From Epithemia pelagica (lineage: Eukaryota; Protista; Bacillariophyta), in contig OX337228.1 of assembly GCA_946965045.2 (NCBI GenBank), forward strand, positions 1,860,001 to 1,924,000: a stretch of DNA of 64,000 bases. Direction: 5' to 3'. Below are positions 1-10,000 of this stretch, piece by piece (within the stretch, counting starts at the first letter, position 1; the number at the start of each line of letters is the position of its first letter). The notes under the pieces were generated by a model. It was not told the origin of the DNA. It made no database searches and saw nothing but the letters and a program-made list of their open reading frames with translations. The position numbers were made by a program, and so were the translations under genes.

Positions 1-555
1 GAGGCAATGCTTAATAGCATTGCAGCTTCGAATCGCACTACGATGGGCGGCGCTGCCATGGGTGCACCACGAGTGAGCCGTCTGTTATTGGCCATGGGTA
101 GTGGCCCGTTAGCTAGCCTAACGGAAGGATCTTCCCGTCCAACGTCCCGCCGTGCAGCCTTTTTTGTGGAAGAAGGCGTGATCGACTCGGACGAAGATGC
201 CAGTGATGGAGATTTGACTGATTCCCCCTTCCATGGTTTTCGTAATGAACTTATTCGCCACACGATGCGATTGTCTCGCCGTCGTGTTCCAGGGTCCACA
301 GCACCCATCATAAACTTGGATCAAACAGGATTTGCTGCTCCGATGATGTGGCCCATGCCGCCTACATATCCGCCTGGTTTTCCGTCTGCACCGGTGGCAC
401 ACGGATTGTTTCCGCCACAGCCGACCCAACGTTCCTATGCGGTCAATATGAACGACAGCAATGCCGGACGCGCTGCTGAGAATCCGTTGGAGATTGACGA
501 TTCTGATGATGACGACGACGTTGTGGAAGTGATTTCCCCTCCGTCGTTGTTGTAA
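1..555 (+). CDS. 3' end of a protein gene truncated by the window edge; Pro-rich region and acidic C-terminus with SIM-like motifs
   Basis: Frame is open from base 1 to TAA at 553-555; ends ENPLEIDDSDDDDDVVEVISPPSLL; AT-rich non-coding sequence follows. No domain recognised. Confidence 0.6.
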   Translation, partial: EAMLNSIAASNRTTMGGAAMGAPRVSRLLLAMGSGPLASLTEGSSRPTSRRAAFFVEEGVIDSDEDASDGDLTDSPFHGFRNELIRHTMRLSRRRVPGSTAPIINLDQTGFAAPMMWPMPPTYPPGFPSAPVAHGLFPPQPTQRSYAVNMNDSNAGRAAENPLEIDDSDDDDDVVEVISPPSLL

Positions 556-740
556 TATTTTCAATTTTGAAACCCTGTTAACTTACTTTGTTCGAGTAAA
601 GTTAGATTCCAAATCCAGTTAACTACTCCGAGTTAGGAGTAATCGATAACTTTGACCCAACATTTCAAAAAATCTTCTTGCTCTATCGTCTTTTCAAAAA
701 CACTTTGCTTCGTCCTATTCCAGGTAGGAGTAAGGTAGTT

Positions 741-762
741 CCTACTCCTCTAGCTAGAGGAG
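741..762. repeat. Intergenic palindrome CCTACTCCTCTAGCTAGAGGAG (perfect 18-bp core at 745-762)
   Basis: CTCCTCTAGCTAGAGGAG is self-complementary; a near-identical copy lies at 31221-31241. Confidence 0.8.
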
Positions 763-1356
763 CTAGCTAGGAGAAATAGGAGTAGGAGCTGTCGGATGGA
801 AGTGCAGACGAGGATTGAAGCGGATGCTAGGCCAGACCAGGTACATTAGAATTGAGTCTATTGCTGAATGTACTCGGTACTCGTAGTTAACGAATATCGG
901 AGAAATTGTGGAAGCCGAAACCCACCCGTTCTTCGACCAGCATCGAATCCTTTTTCTCCGACACGTTTTGATTGGTGCCATCTGAAAACGTTGGTATGAC
1001 GTGTCGCTGGAACTGTGTTGGTCAGAGCATTGGTTGTGCGACCCGTCGATGGGCATCTGCACATCGGCCAGCACTTTGTGACAACACGCCCACGTAGTGT
1101 GCCAATCACGCGACACCGGCTGTTTTTCATGCCAACACCACCTATGCGAAAACACGGCCACGCTGCAGCAGAAACACGCGATCAGAAAACAAGAGAAGGC
1201 AAATTGAAACTACGGGGAGTGGCTATTGGCACCAAGGAAAGCCAATACAGTACAGAGACATCCGAATCCGATGTCGTAATCGTTTAGTATTCCACATTCC
1301 ACTATAACAACAGGCATGTTTGTTGCGTGCAAGAAAGCACAGAGGAGGAGAAGCAG

Positions 1357-2628
1357 ATGAATGATAACAATTCTGGAACAGAGCGTCTCCTGAGAATGAC
1401 ATCTACACCAGCAACCACAACAATATCCAACAAAAGCAGCAACAACATGTCGTTGAAACGAGGCATGCCAGGATTGCCTGAGGGAGGAGGAGGACCCATT
1501 GTTAAGTTACGGCGAGTGGCAACTGCCGTTAACGTTGGAAGCCGCGAATGGTTTGCCAATGGACAAGTAACTTCGTGCCCTTCTCCACGTCCACCCACCT
1601 TGTCGATACAGACTCCCTCCTCAACAACAGTCGTCGTGCCTCGAGTGGCCAAAAGTAATCCCTTGGTGGTGCGAGAGGATGAGGATGAATCCGACTCGGA
1701 TTATTCGTCTTCTTCGTATTCGTCTTGTGACGACGTTGATGGAGATGATGAAAACGATATCGAATCGGTGTGGCAGTCCGCTTTTTCACAATCCGATTCT
1801 GTGGGATCGACTGCCACCTTAACGCTGGCTCAAGGCGCGCAACGACAACGAATGGCACAACATCACTTACTCAATCTACAACGTGCCAACTACAGCAGTG
1901 CATCCACTCCGGTACTAAGTGGCAGTAGACAACTGCAACAAAAGGTTACACTGGTACATCCCCGGAGCTCCAGGTTCAGAAGTCTTTTAATACAACAACC
2001 ACCATCCGAAACCGCCATCCCCAAAGAAGCCGAGGTGGTTGCTCCTCCATCCGATTCTCCCAAACCAGATGAATACCTACGAAAACGATTAGTGGATGAT
2101 GGTTATGTGGTGCAAACGTTTAGCTCGACTGAAGTGGCTGGTTTTTTCCATCCCCTGACCGAGGCCACAGTGGAGGGTTATGACTTGGATTTGGTCACAA
2201 AGGTTAGGCAAGAAGATGTCAACGGCTTGCGTGACTTGATGAAATCGGGGCGAACCATGCAGTGCAGCAACCAGTTTGGCGAATCTATTGTTCATATGGC
2301 TTGTCGCAGAGAATCAAGAACGGTCTTGGAATTTCTCTTGGTGGAAGCCAAGGTCAGTTGCAAGCTGGTCTGCGACAGTGGCCGGACACCCTTGCACGAT
2401 GCCTGTTGGACCTCCATTCCCAACTTTGCCGTCATTCGCATGCTGCTCGAACGATGTCCCGATCTCTTGTACATTACGGACAAACGAGGATTCACACCCA
2501 TGAATTATGTTCGGCATTCCAATTGGAAAAGTTGGTGCGACTTTTTGGGTGCCTACGATACCGAGAAGCTGGCGGCCAAGGAGTTATGGACGAAGGCAAC
2601 ACCAGACGCCAAAGCAACCAAAACCTAA
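1357..2628 (+). CDS. Ankyrin-repeat protein (423 aa) with disordered Ser/acidic N-terminus
   Basis: NQFGESIVHMACRR, DSGRTPLHDACW and DKRGFTPMNY are ankyrin-type motifs; first ATG at 1357 (ORF track used GTG 1327). Confidence 0.85.
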   Translation: MNDNNSGTERLLRMTSTPATTTISNKSSNNMSLKRGMPGLPEGGGGPIVKLRRVATAVNVGSREWFANGQVTSCPSPRPPTLSIQTPSSTTVVVPRVAKSNPLVVREDEDESDSDYSSSSYSSCDDVDGDDENDIESVWQSAFSQSDSVGSTATLTLAQGAQRQRMAQHHLLNLQRANYSSASTPVLSGSRQLQQKVTLVHPRSSRFRSLLIQQPPSETAIPKEAEVVAPPSDSPKPDEYLRKRLVDDGYVVQTFSSTEVAGFFHPLTEATVEGYDLDLVTKVRQEDVNGLRDLMKSGRTMQCSNQFGESIVHMACRRESRTVLEFLLVEAKVSCKLVCDSGRTPLHDACWTSIPNFAVIRMLLERCPDLLYITDKRGFTPMNYVRHSNWKSWCDFLGAYDTEKLAAKELWTKATPDAKATKT

Positions 2629-3064
2629 ACTGTGGTGGGTTTGGGTGTTCCCAACAAAGGAACAAACTAATCTCTTTTGTATCATAGCTATCGCATATAA
2701 CCTTGCCTTTGTCTCGGTCTCGTTGCACACAATAGAGAAATAGAGGGATTAGGGATCGATTGACACTTACAATACTACTCGTAGCTAGGAGTACACTACT
2801 ATCTGGGATAGAGAATCCGCATACAATAGACTGTTTGCGTTGTATTTCCATCCCACATTTTTTCTTTTTTTCTTTTTGCTCGATGAATTCAAGTTTTTAC
2901 ACCAATTTCGAGACGTTTTTGTCACTATGCGTTTGAAAGAGGCTGCACGTCTGAACAATCCTAGCTTGGAGTAGAGATGTCCTCAAACATATCCTTTTGT
3001 CTCATACAATCAATGAACAAGAAACAAAACCAAAAAAAGAGTAATCAATACTTTCGAATACGAG

Positions 3065-3889
3065 ATGGAGAGCCAGCAAAAGAGGGAGGCGATTGTCGAA
3101 CAGGTTCAGACAGTAGTCCGAGATAAAAACAAGCAGTTGGAAATTTTGCACATTGCTCTAGTGGGTAGTCATGCCAAGGGTCTTGCATCGGAGAGAGGGG
3201 GGTCCGACTATGACGTAAAAGTGATTACCAAAACCTCTCGATGCAGGTACATGTTGCAGAAGGTTCCAAGGTCCTTTCACTTTAAAGCCGACGAGCAATT
3301 GGAAGGAACGGCCACGGACTTTTTGCAAGCAACGGAAGACGTGTTGTCCGGTAACATGTGGGCGCACGACGTCTTCGGTGGCATTTGCTTGTACACATCA
3401 CATCTAGCACAACGTCTTCAAACAGTGTGGCTTCAACAAGCCTATCAGTACAACGTTCTGAAAGCATCTCTATGTGGAATGCTTCACAGGTACAAGGCCA
3501 AGAAAATTACCACCAACGCATCCACAACAACCAGGAAACTGGCAACCGAAGCAGTGTACTTGTCGCTAAAACTTTTGCACATGTCGTCGTCAGCTGACCC
3601 CAACCAAAGAGGGACGATGGATCCCACAAAACCGCCACCCTATCACATGCGAGAGCTGATGCAGGATTTGACGTGCGTTCTTCCAGCAACAGACCAGGGT
3701 TGGATTGGTCAGCTAGTCCAACAACGCGTAGAAGAGAAATCTGCCCCCTTCCAGTTGACTTCGGAATTCTGGACGTTTGTCGATAACGCATTGAACCTTC
3801 ACCATGTACCAAGACCCCGTCCCGACCAGAATCACATAAACAGCCTCCGCGAACATGTCCACGACGAGTTTCTCCAGGAATTTAAATAG
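3065..3889 (+). CDS. Pol-beta superfamily nucleotidyltransferase, RlaP/YcgL-like (274 aa, intronless)
   Basis: LVGSHAKGLASERGGSDYDVKVI fits hG[GS]x(n)DhD; the downstream RYML...LEGTATDF...SGNMW pattern parallels the YcgL/RlaP consensus ([20 protein letters not shown]...YL...DISGWDL...SNP). Confidence 0.75.
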   Translation: MESQQKREAIVEQVQTVVRDKNKQLEILHIALVGSHAKGLASERGGSDYDVKVITKTSRCRYMLQKVPRSFHFKADEQLEGTATDFLQATEDVLSGNMWAHDVFGGICLYTSHLAQRLQTVWLQQAYQYNVLKASLCGMLHRYKAKKITTNASTTTRKLATEAVYLSLKLLHMSSSADPNQRGTMDPTKPPPYHMRELMQDLTCVLPATDQGWIGQLVQQRVEEKSAPFQLTSEFWTFVDNALNLHHVPRPRPDQNHINSLREHVHDEFLQEFK

Positions 3890-3898
3890 CAGTATGTC

Positions 3899-6595
3899 TT
3901 AGTCTTCAAACCAACGCTTCTTCTTTTTGGGTAATGCCACTCCCTCTGTAGTCGAGGATGCTTCCAAAATACCCTTCTCATAGGACGCCACAAGATTTTC
4001 AAAATGCGAGTCCTCCCCATCCATCTTTTTCTGCTTCTTAGGAGGCCGCTTTTTTGCTGGCTTTGCTGCTACAACTTGTTGCTTACTGTCGACGTCTTTT
4101 GCCGCATTGGCATCTTTTTGGCCCTGATTCACTTCTTTCTCTTTGTCCTCGTCATGTTCCGACAGTTCACTCATTCCCTTTCGCTTCCTTTCGCGTTGTC
4201 GTGCTCCTCGACTTTGTTTCTTTTCCTTCTTCTTGGCGGCCGCCGAGGTTGACGATGACTTTTGTTTTTCTCGATTCTGAATCTGCTGCTTCATCTTATT
4301 TGCCTGCTGATGTTCTCGATGTTCTGCTTGTATGCGTGCTTTGGCTTTATTCTCTACCGTAAACTCAACAATCAAACGAGGTACCTTGATGTGGCCGTCG
4401 GAACCAACATAATCATTGGTGCTTTCGTTGGAGGAGGATGTCATTGACTTTTGCTTCAGCTTTTTGCTCTTTTTCTGCTTTTGTTTCAATGTGAGAGCAT
4501 GCCTTCCTCCCGCGGCGTAGTCTGTGGAATAGTAAGTATTGTTGTTCAATTCACGAAGACATGCCAAGGCATGGGCATGATGTTGAAATTCCACAAAAGC
4601 AAAACCACGGCTTGGATGTGCCGATTTGTTGCCGCCAGTCCCTTTGTTTCCGGAAAAATCTCGATCAATAAATACCGAGGGAATATGTTTTCGAACATTC
4701 TTTTGATCGAATGGAGGAATGATTGGGTTCGTGTCCATACCATCTTTGGGTTCCACGCGACTCATAATTTCTCGCATAGTCATTTCACCCGAGGCTCGCC
4801 AATGCGTGATCATATCTTCATTGGATACGAGATTTCTCTCCAAACCACGAGTCGTGGCCTCTACCACAAGTTCCTTGAGCTGGAACTCGGCCACTTGCTT
4901 GTCCAGGTTTCGAATACTAAGGCGAGTGGGATTGATAAAGAAAATAGGCGACCGTAGTTTGGTATTCTTGTCCGACCATGCACGTTGTCGTTTGGCCTTG
5001 TCTTGTTCAGGCAAGTCATCCCATGCTGTAGAAGCACCTTCTTTGCGGCTAGTTGTGTCATTGTCGACTCGACCCTCACCCTTGAGATAGAGATTCCGTC
5101 GATCTTTTCCGGAGGAGTTTCGATCAAAGGACTTTTCCATAATCAATGTGGACGCCGTATCCTTGTCGAGGGCCAGGTTCACAAAAATGCGCCGCCCATT
5201 AATTTTCAGTGCATTTTCATCACCAGAGGCAAAGGAAGTATTGTTTTGATTTTCGGTGGCCTCGCGCTGTGACAAAAACTTGTCATCGTCGGTACTCGAC
5301 GACACCGTAGACGAGGTTTGTTGAACGGCCTGGGCAGCGGCATCCGCATTGCGAAACGACACAAAGGCTGTGCCCTTGGGCATTATTGTTTCTTTGTCCT
5401 TGACCAAAAATATTCCAGTAATGTATCCAAAGCGTCGAAACACTTCAAAGAGATCATGTCGTGTGGTATCAAAGGGAAGGTTTCGAACAAAGAGGCATCG
5501 TCGTTCAGCCACGGCAGTCTCATCCCTTTGAACATTGGATACATCATTTTCTTGCTCGTTAACTTCATCATCATTGTCACTATCCAGGGATTCTTCGTCA
5601 TTGTTGGAAGCATCCGATTCTTCCATTGACTCATCGTCGTCATCATCATCACCATCATCTTTATCTAAGTTGTTGTCGTCGTTGGATGAATCTCTCTGGT
5701 CCTTATCTTTCACGTGTTGTTTGTGGTCGGCCATCTTCAATCTTTTATTGTTTGGTTCTTTTTGTTTGTCAATAGCATTCTTCTTGTTATTGCTGGAGGA
5801 TTCGTACAAGGCCTTTTGGACCGCCGGAGCTACCGTCACGGGTCGTTTGTGAATGACCAGGGACCCCGAGGAGGACTGCAGACACGATTGAGCATCTTGG
5901 AATTGTTCAAACGTGACGAAACAAAATCCTCGATGCGTCGTTGTCGGTTTCTTTTTTTGCTTTTCGTCGCCTTGTTCGGTAGGAACAAGAGGAAGGTGAA
6001 CCTCGGTCACCTTACCAAATTTGGATTCCAATACGTTACGAACATGTGATTCCTTGGCATAGAAGGACAAGTTTCGCAAAATAACGCGATTCTTGGCTTT
6101 GTTGTTCATTGTATTGGTTGAATCTTTGTGTTCCTTTTCGCGAGATTCGGGTGAGGCGATATGCTTGGGGTCCGAAGCTGTATTCTTCTGTTTCTTCTTT
6201 GCAGCGTTCCCCGAGGCTTGGGCCGCACTGGCTTGTTCGACACGTAATTTTAAGATTTCCGTAGGTGAAATTTGCAAGGACGAATGATCCAATTTGGAAG
6301 CTGCCGTCTTGGCATCGTCGACAGTGGTATATTTGATAAATCCATAGGACGATGCTATCGTGGGTGCCCCACTCTCCTCGTTTTGCTCTTGTCGGTCGTC
6401 GGTCGTCGATTTGTCGTCCTGTCTGTTGTTGTTGTTTCGACGAGGAACAATGACTGATGATTTTCGAATTGGTCCGATTTGAGAAAACAATTCTTCCAAA
6501 TGATGACGACGAATGTTGGCACTGGATGGCATCCATCGAACAAACACAGTGGTTTCAGCAGCTTGCCGTTTCAAGGAGGACGATGACGAGGTCAT
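3899..6595 (-). CDS. RBM28: RNA-binding protein 28 / Nop4 orthologue (4 RRMs, acidic linker, Lys-rich tail; 898 aa)
   Basis: RRMs at TVFVRWMP..YGFIKY, RVILRNLSF..RGFCFVTF, CLFVRNLPFD..KGTAFVSF and RLSIRNL..RGFAFVEF; conserved DKRNLYL-like DRRNLYLKGEG, KLRSPIFFINPTRLSIRNL and RLIVEFTVEN; C-terminal KKKRWFE. Likely start ATG 6595. Confidence 0.9.
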   Translation of the reverse strand: MTSSSSSLKRQAAETTVFVRWMPSSANIRRHHLEELFSQIGPIRKSSVIVPRRNNNNRQDDKSTTDDRQEQNEESGAPTIASSYGFIKYTTVDDAKTAASKLDHSSLQISPTEILKLRVEQASAAQASGNAAKKKQKNTASDPKHIASPESREKEHKDSTNTMNNKAKNRVILRNLSFYAKESHVRNVLESKFGKVTEVHLPLVPTEQGDEKQKKKPTTTHRGFCFVTFEQFQDAQSCLQSSSGSLVIHKRPVTVAPAVQKALYESSSNNKKNAIDKQKEPNNKRLKMADHKQHVKDKDQRDSSNDDNNLDKDDGDDDDDDESMEESDASNNDEESLDSDNDDEVNEQENDVSNVQRDETAVAERRCLFVRNLPFDTTRHDLFEVFRRFGYITGIFLVKDKETIMPKGTAFVSFRNADAAAQAVQQTSSTVSSSTDDDKFLSQREATENQNNTSFASGDENALKINGRRIFVNLALDKDTASTLIMEKSFDRNSSGKDRRNLYLKGEGRVDNDTTSRKEGASTAWDDLPEQDKAKRQRAWSDKNTKLRSPIFFINPTRLSIRNLDKQVAEFQLKELVVEATTRGLERNLVSNEDMITHWRASGEMTMREIMSRVEPKDGMDTNPIIPPFDQKNVRKHIPSVFIDRDFSGNKGTGGNKSAHPSRGFAFVEFQHHAHALACLRELNNNTYYSTDYAAGGRHALTLKQKQKKSKKLKQKSMTSSSNESTNDYVGSDGHIKVPRLIVEFTVENKAKARIQAEHREHQQANKMKQQIQNREKQKSSSTSAAAKKKEKKQSRGARQRERKRKGMSELSEHDEDKEKEVNQGQKDANAAKDVDSKQQVVAAKPAKKRPPKKQKKMDGEDSHFENLVASYEKGILEASSTTEGVALPKKKKRWFED

Positions 6596-7042
6596 GGTGA
6601 TCTTGAAGGACGACAAAGAAGTCGATATGACGGGTAAGCTTCCAGCGGTTGTTATGGACGTCGTCGGAGACACTCTCGTATCATGAGATATCATGGACAC
6701 AAGCAAGAATCCAAAGTTGCAAGAAACAAATTTATATTTTGTGGCAAGTGGCAACAGAAAACTTTGGTGGTGGTCGGAGGTGACAACATGTCTGTCTGTC
6801 GAAACATAAGAGCGAATGATTATTCGGAAGTCTTTACGCGACCTAACCACGACTTTTATGTTCGGAACTAAGGTGTAATACATAAATGGATAGTTTTTCT
6901 CTTTTGTATCCTATTAGAGCATAGAACATATATAAATCGATACTCGATTCCTTCTCCTTGTTCTATCTGCACCACTGATCCTGTTACATCAGGGTCCTTC
7001 TCCACACTTCTCGCCTTCTGCAGTCCTTTCTTCCTTCTGTGA

Positions 7043-10000
7043 TTAGGAGTGGGTTCCACGGCCGTTGCTGCTGTTGGCACGGGTACTGACGGCCCAGAGG
7101 GCGAGACGGTTGACACCCGATTCATCCAATTCAGGCATACCCGACTTGAGGGTGGACGATACGCCCAGTGGATCAGTACCCAACGCATGTTGTTGTTGCG
7201 AAGGAGGAGGAGACGGTTTGTCGGGAATGACATTCACCACGGGTTCAGCTGGATTGTGATAAATCGCAAACCGACCCGTTGTTACGGTACTGCAAGATGA
7301 CTTCGAAGAGGATACCAAAGGGTCCGACACATTGGTAGGTAAGGCATGTACAGCTGATGATTTGGTCGGTTGTGCCGTTGCTACGGAGTTCACCGAGAAA
7401 TCTTTCTTTTCTTCTTTGTCCTTCGGTAGAGCTGGTGATGGTGACGGATGATCCATTTGAGCACTCTCCGAAGGATCGCCCGTGAAAGAATGAGAAAGAT
7501 ATTCCAAGGACATGTGTCCCTCCACATCGCCCAAGAAGAATGGTACATTGTGGTCCGATGCCACGGCCAGGAGTTCCGTACTTGCGTCTTCCTGACTGGA
7601 GGGATCTTCCAGCGTCCTTTTGTTGTCCTTGGAACTGCCCTGGCCTGCGATGGGTCCAACCCGATCGGAGGTTTGGGGGGCAGCTTCCTCTTTGGTAGAG
7701 ACTTGCTCGGTGGCGGTGGTGTCTTCCTTCTTATCGTTCATAAGCAACACCGGGGTGTTGGTCTTACCCTCCACTTTGCTATTGGGAGGTTCCGGGGTGT
7801 TGTCCTTGTCGTGGTTCTTCTTGTCCTCCCGAGAAACGGCCTGGTTCCATATTTGATGATTCGCTGCCCATAGGGTGTATCGAGTCATGCCCGATTCTTC
7901 GACCTGTGCCATTTGTTCTTTCTGATCGGAGGACACCTTGGTTGGGTCGGTGCCCATTTGGGGCGACGATTTGCGTGTGGCATCGGGCAACTTCTTCATC
8001 GAAATCGCAACTACCGGCTGCTCAGGGTCATGTAAAGTGGCAAACCGATCGGTCGCAACCGTTTTCGTTGCAGGTCCCAGAGGCACAAGAGTCTTGGCGT
8101 CGGGTGGCGTCACAGACTGGGATTCCATCTTCTCTACTGCAGTCTCCTGTTGTTTTGCTTCTGGAACCTCATCAGTTTCTGAAAAAGGCGCCACTGGAAC
8201 TACTGCACCACGTTCAGTCTTATTTTGTGTGTCAGGTTCTTCCTTAGAAACCTCACTCGGCATGGTGCCTGCGGTTTCAGTTTGCTCCGACTTGCTCGTA
8301 GATTCCATCTTCACATTATCATCCTCCACGACAGCGTCATTTTGCTGGTCTTGTTTCAATTCCTCTGAAGTCGGAGCTGTTGTTTGAGCCGTGGTGGCTG
8401 CCATGTTTTCTGCACCTACCTTGACTTCGCGTCCCGCATCCTCATCATCACCAGACTTGACGGGTAAAGGTGCCACTGCACCATCTACCACCTCATTCGA
8501 ATCCTTTTGTGGTTCCTCGTTTGCTTGAACGTCGCCCTCATCCTGCGGCACCGTGACTGGGGTTTTCGTTTGCTCCATCATGGTTGGTTTTGTTGTTTCT
8601 GCCCTCGTCGGTGATTCCGTCGTAACAACACCAGATGCGGTCTTGGATGACTCTTCCTTGTCTTCCTTGTTGTCCGTCGCAATTTCATCCGACACTGGGG
8701 TTGAGGTTGTCGTTTCGGCCTTGACTTCTGGCTTTTGCGCTTCTCGTTGTTCCACATCCTCCTCCGCCTTGTCGTTAGTTTGGTCGTCATCATCTGTCGA
8801 CAGAAGGGCTGCCGCTGTCGTCGCCATGGCCACCTCGGACACCTTGTTCTGTTCCACGGCAGGTGCTGGTGACTTTTCCTTGTCTTCCTTGTTGTCAGTT
8901 GCAATTTCATCCGACACTGGGGTTGAGGTTGTCGTTTCGGCCTTGACTTCTGACTCTAGCGCTTCTCGTTGTTCCACATCCTCCTCCGCCTTGTCGTTGG
9001 TTTGGTCGTCATCTTTCGTCGACAGAAGGGCTGCCGCTGTCGTCGCCATGGCCACCTCGGACACCTTGTTCTGTTCCACGGCAGGTGCTGGTGACTTCTC
9101 CTTGTCTTCCTTGTTGTCAGTCGCAATTTCATCCGACACTGGGGTTGAGGTTGTCGTTTCGGTCTTGACTTCTGACTCTAGCGCTTCTCGTTGTTCCACA
9201 TCCTCCTCCGCCTTGTCGTTGGTTTGGTCGTCATCTTTCGTCGACAGAAGGGCTGCCGCTGTCGTCGCCATGGCCACCTCGGACACCTTGTTCTGTTCCA
9301 CGGCAGGGGCTGGAGCCTGGTTTTCGGTTTCGGTATCCGTCTTCTTGTCATCATCAGTAGAACCTGAAACAGTGGCGACTGCTGCCACAGCGTCCTTTTG
9401 CGGTTCTTCCGTGTTTGGTGAAAGAGCTGGCTCTTGCTTGGATGAATCCATGTCCTTCACCTCCGAATCGATGGTTTCCGTTGGAGGAGAACTATTCTTT
9501 GTCACTGTATTTTCGGTCACGGTTTCTGCTACGTTTTCCTCTCTGTCGCCGTTTGTCGCCTTGTCTGCGGTCGCTTGTTCCTGTTCCGGTCTTGCCAGTG
9601 TTGCCGCAGCAGCGGCAGCAGCAACTGCTCCTCCTGCAACCAGCCCCATGGCCTTTTTGTCGTCGTCGTCATTCTCATTTTCCGTTGGACCCTTTTCTCC
9701 ACCACTCGAGGTTTGCAATTCCATGGCTTGTTGTTCAATGGCTTGTAATTCCATGGCCAATTGAGATTCGCCAGCGTCCTCCTCCATGTCATGGTCGTCG
9801 TCGTCATCGTCAAAACAAATTTCTTCTTCGTCAGCCTCTACACTCATGGCCAAGGCGGCCAGAATTGCCTCCTCGTCTTGTGGTGATGCTTCGTCGTCGT
9901 CCTCGTCGTCTTGTTTGGATTTGGTGGAAGAGGACGAGGCCAATCTCGAGGGTACCCGAGCAACAATGGATTTGTCGGGCATGACAATGGCACTGTCTGG

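Noticed and set aside
6596-6883. N-terminal ORF extensions given by the track (also 11189-11263, 21857-21988, 30223-30468, 53425-53472)
   Set aside because: They read like UTR or promoter sequence, some start at non-ATG codons, and downstream ATGs have better context or give sensible targeting peptides.
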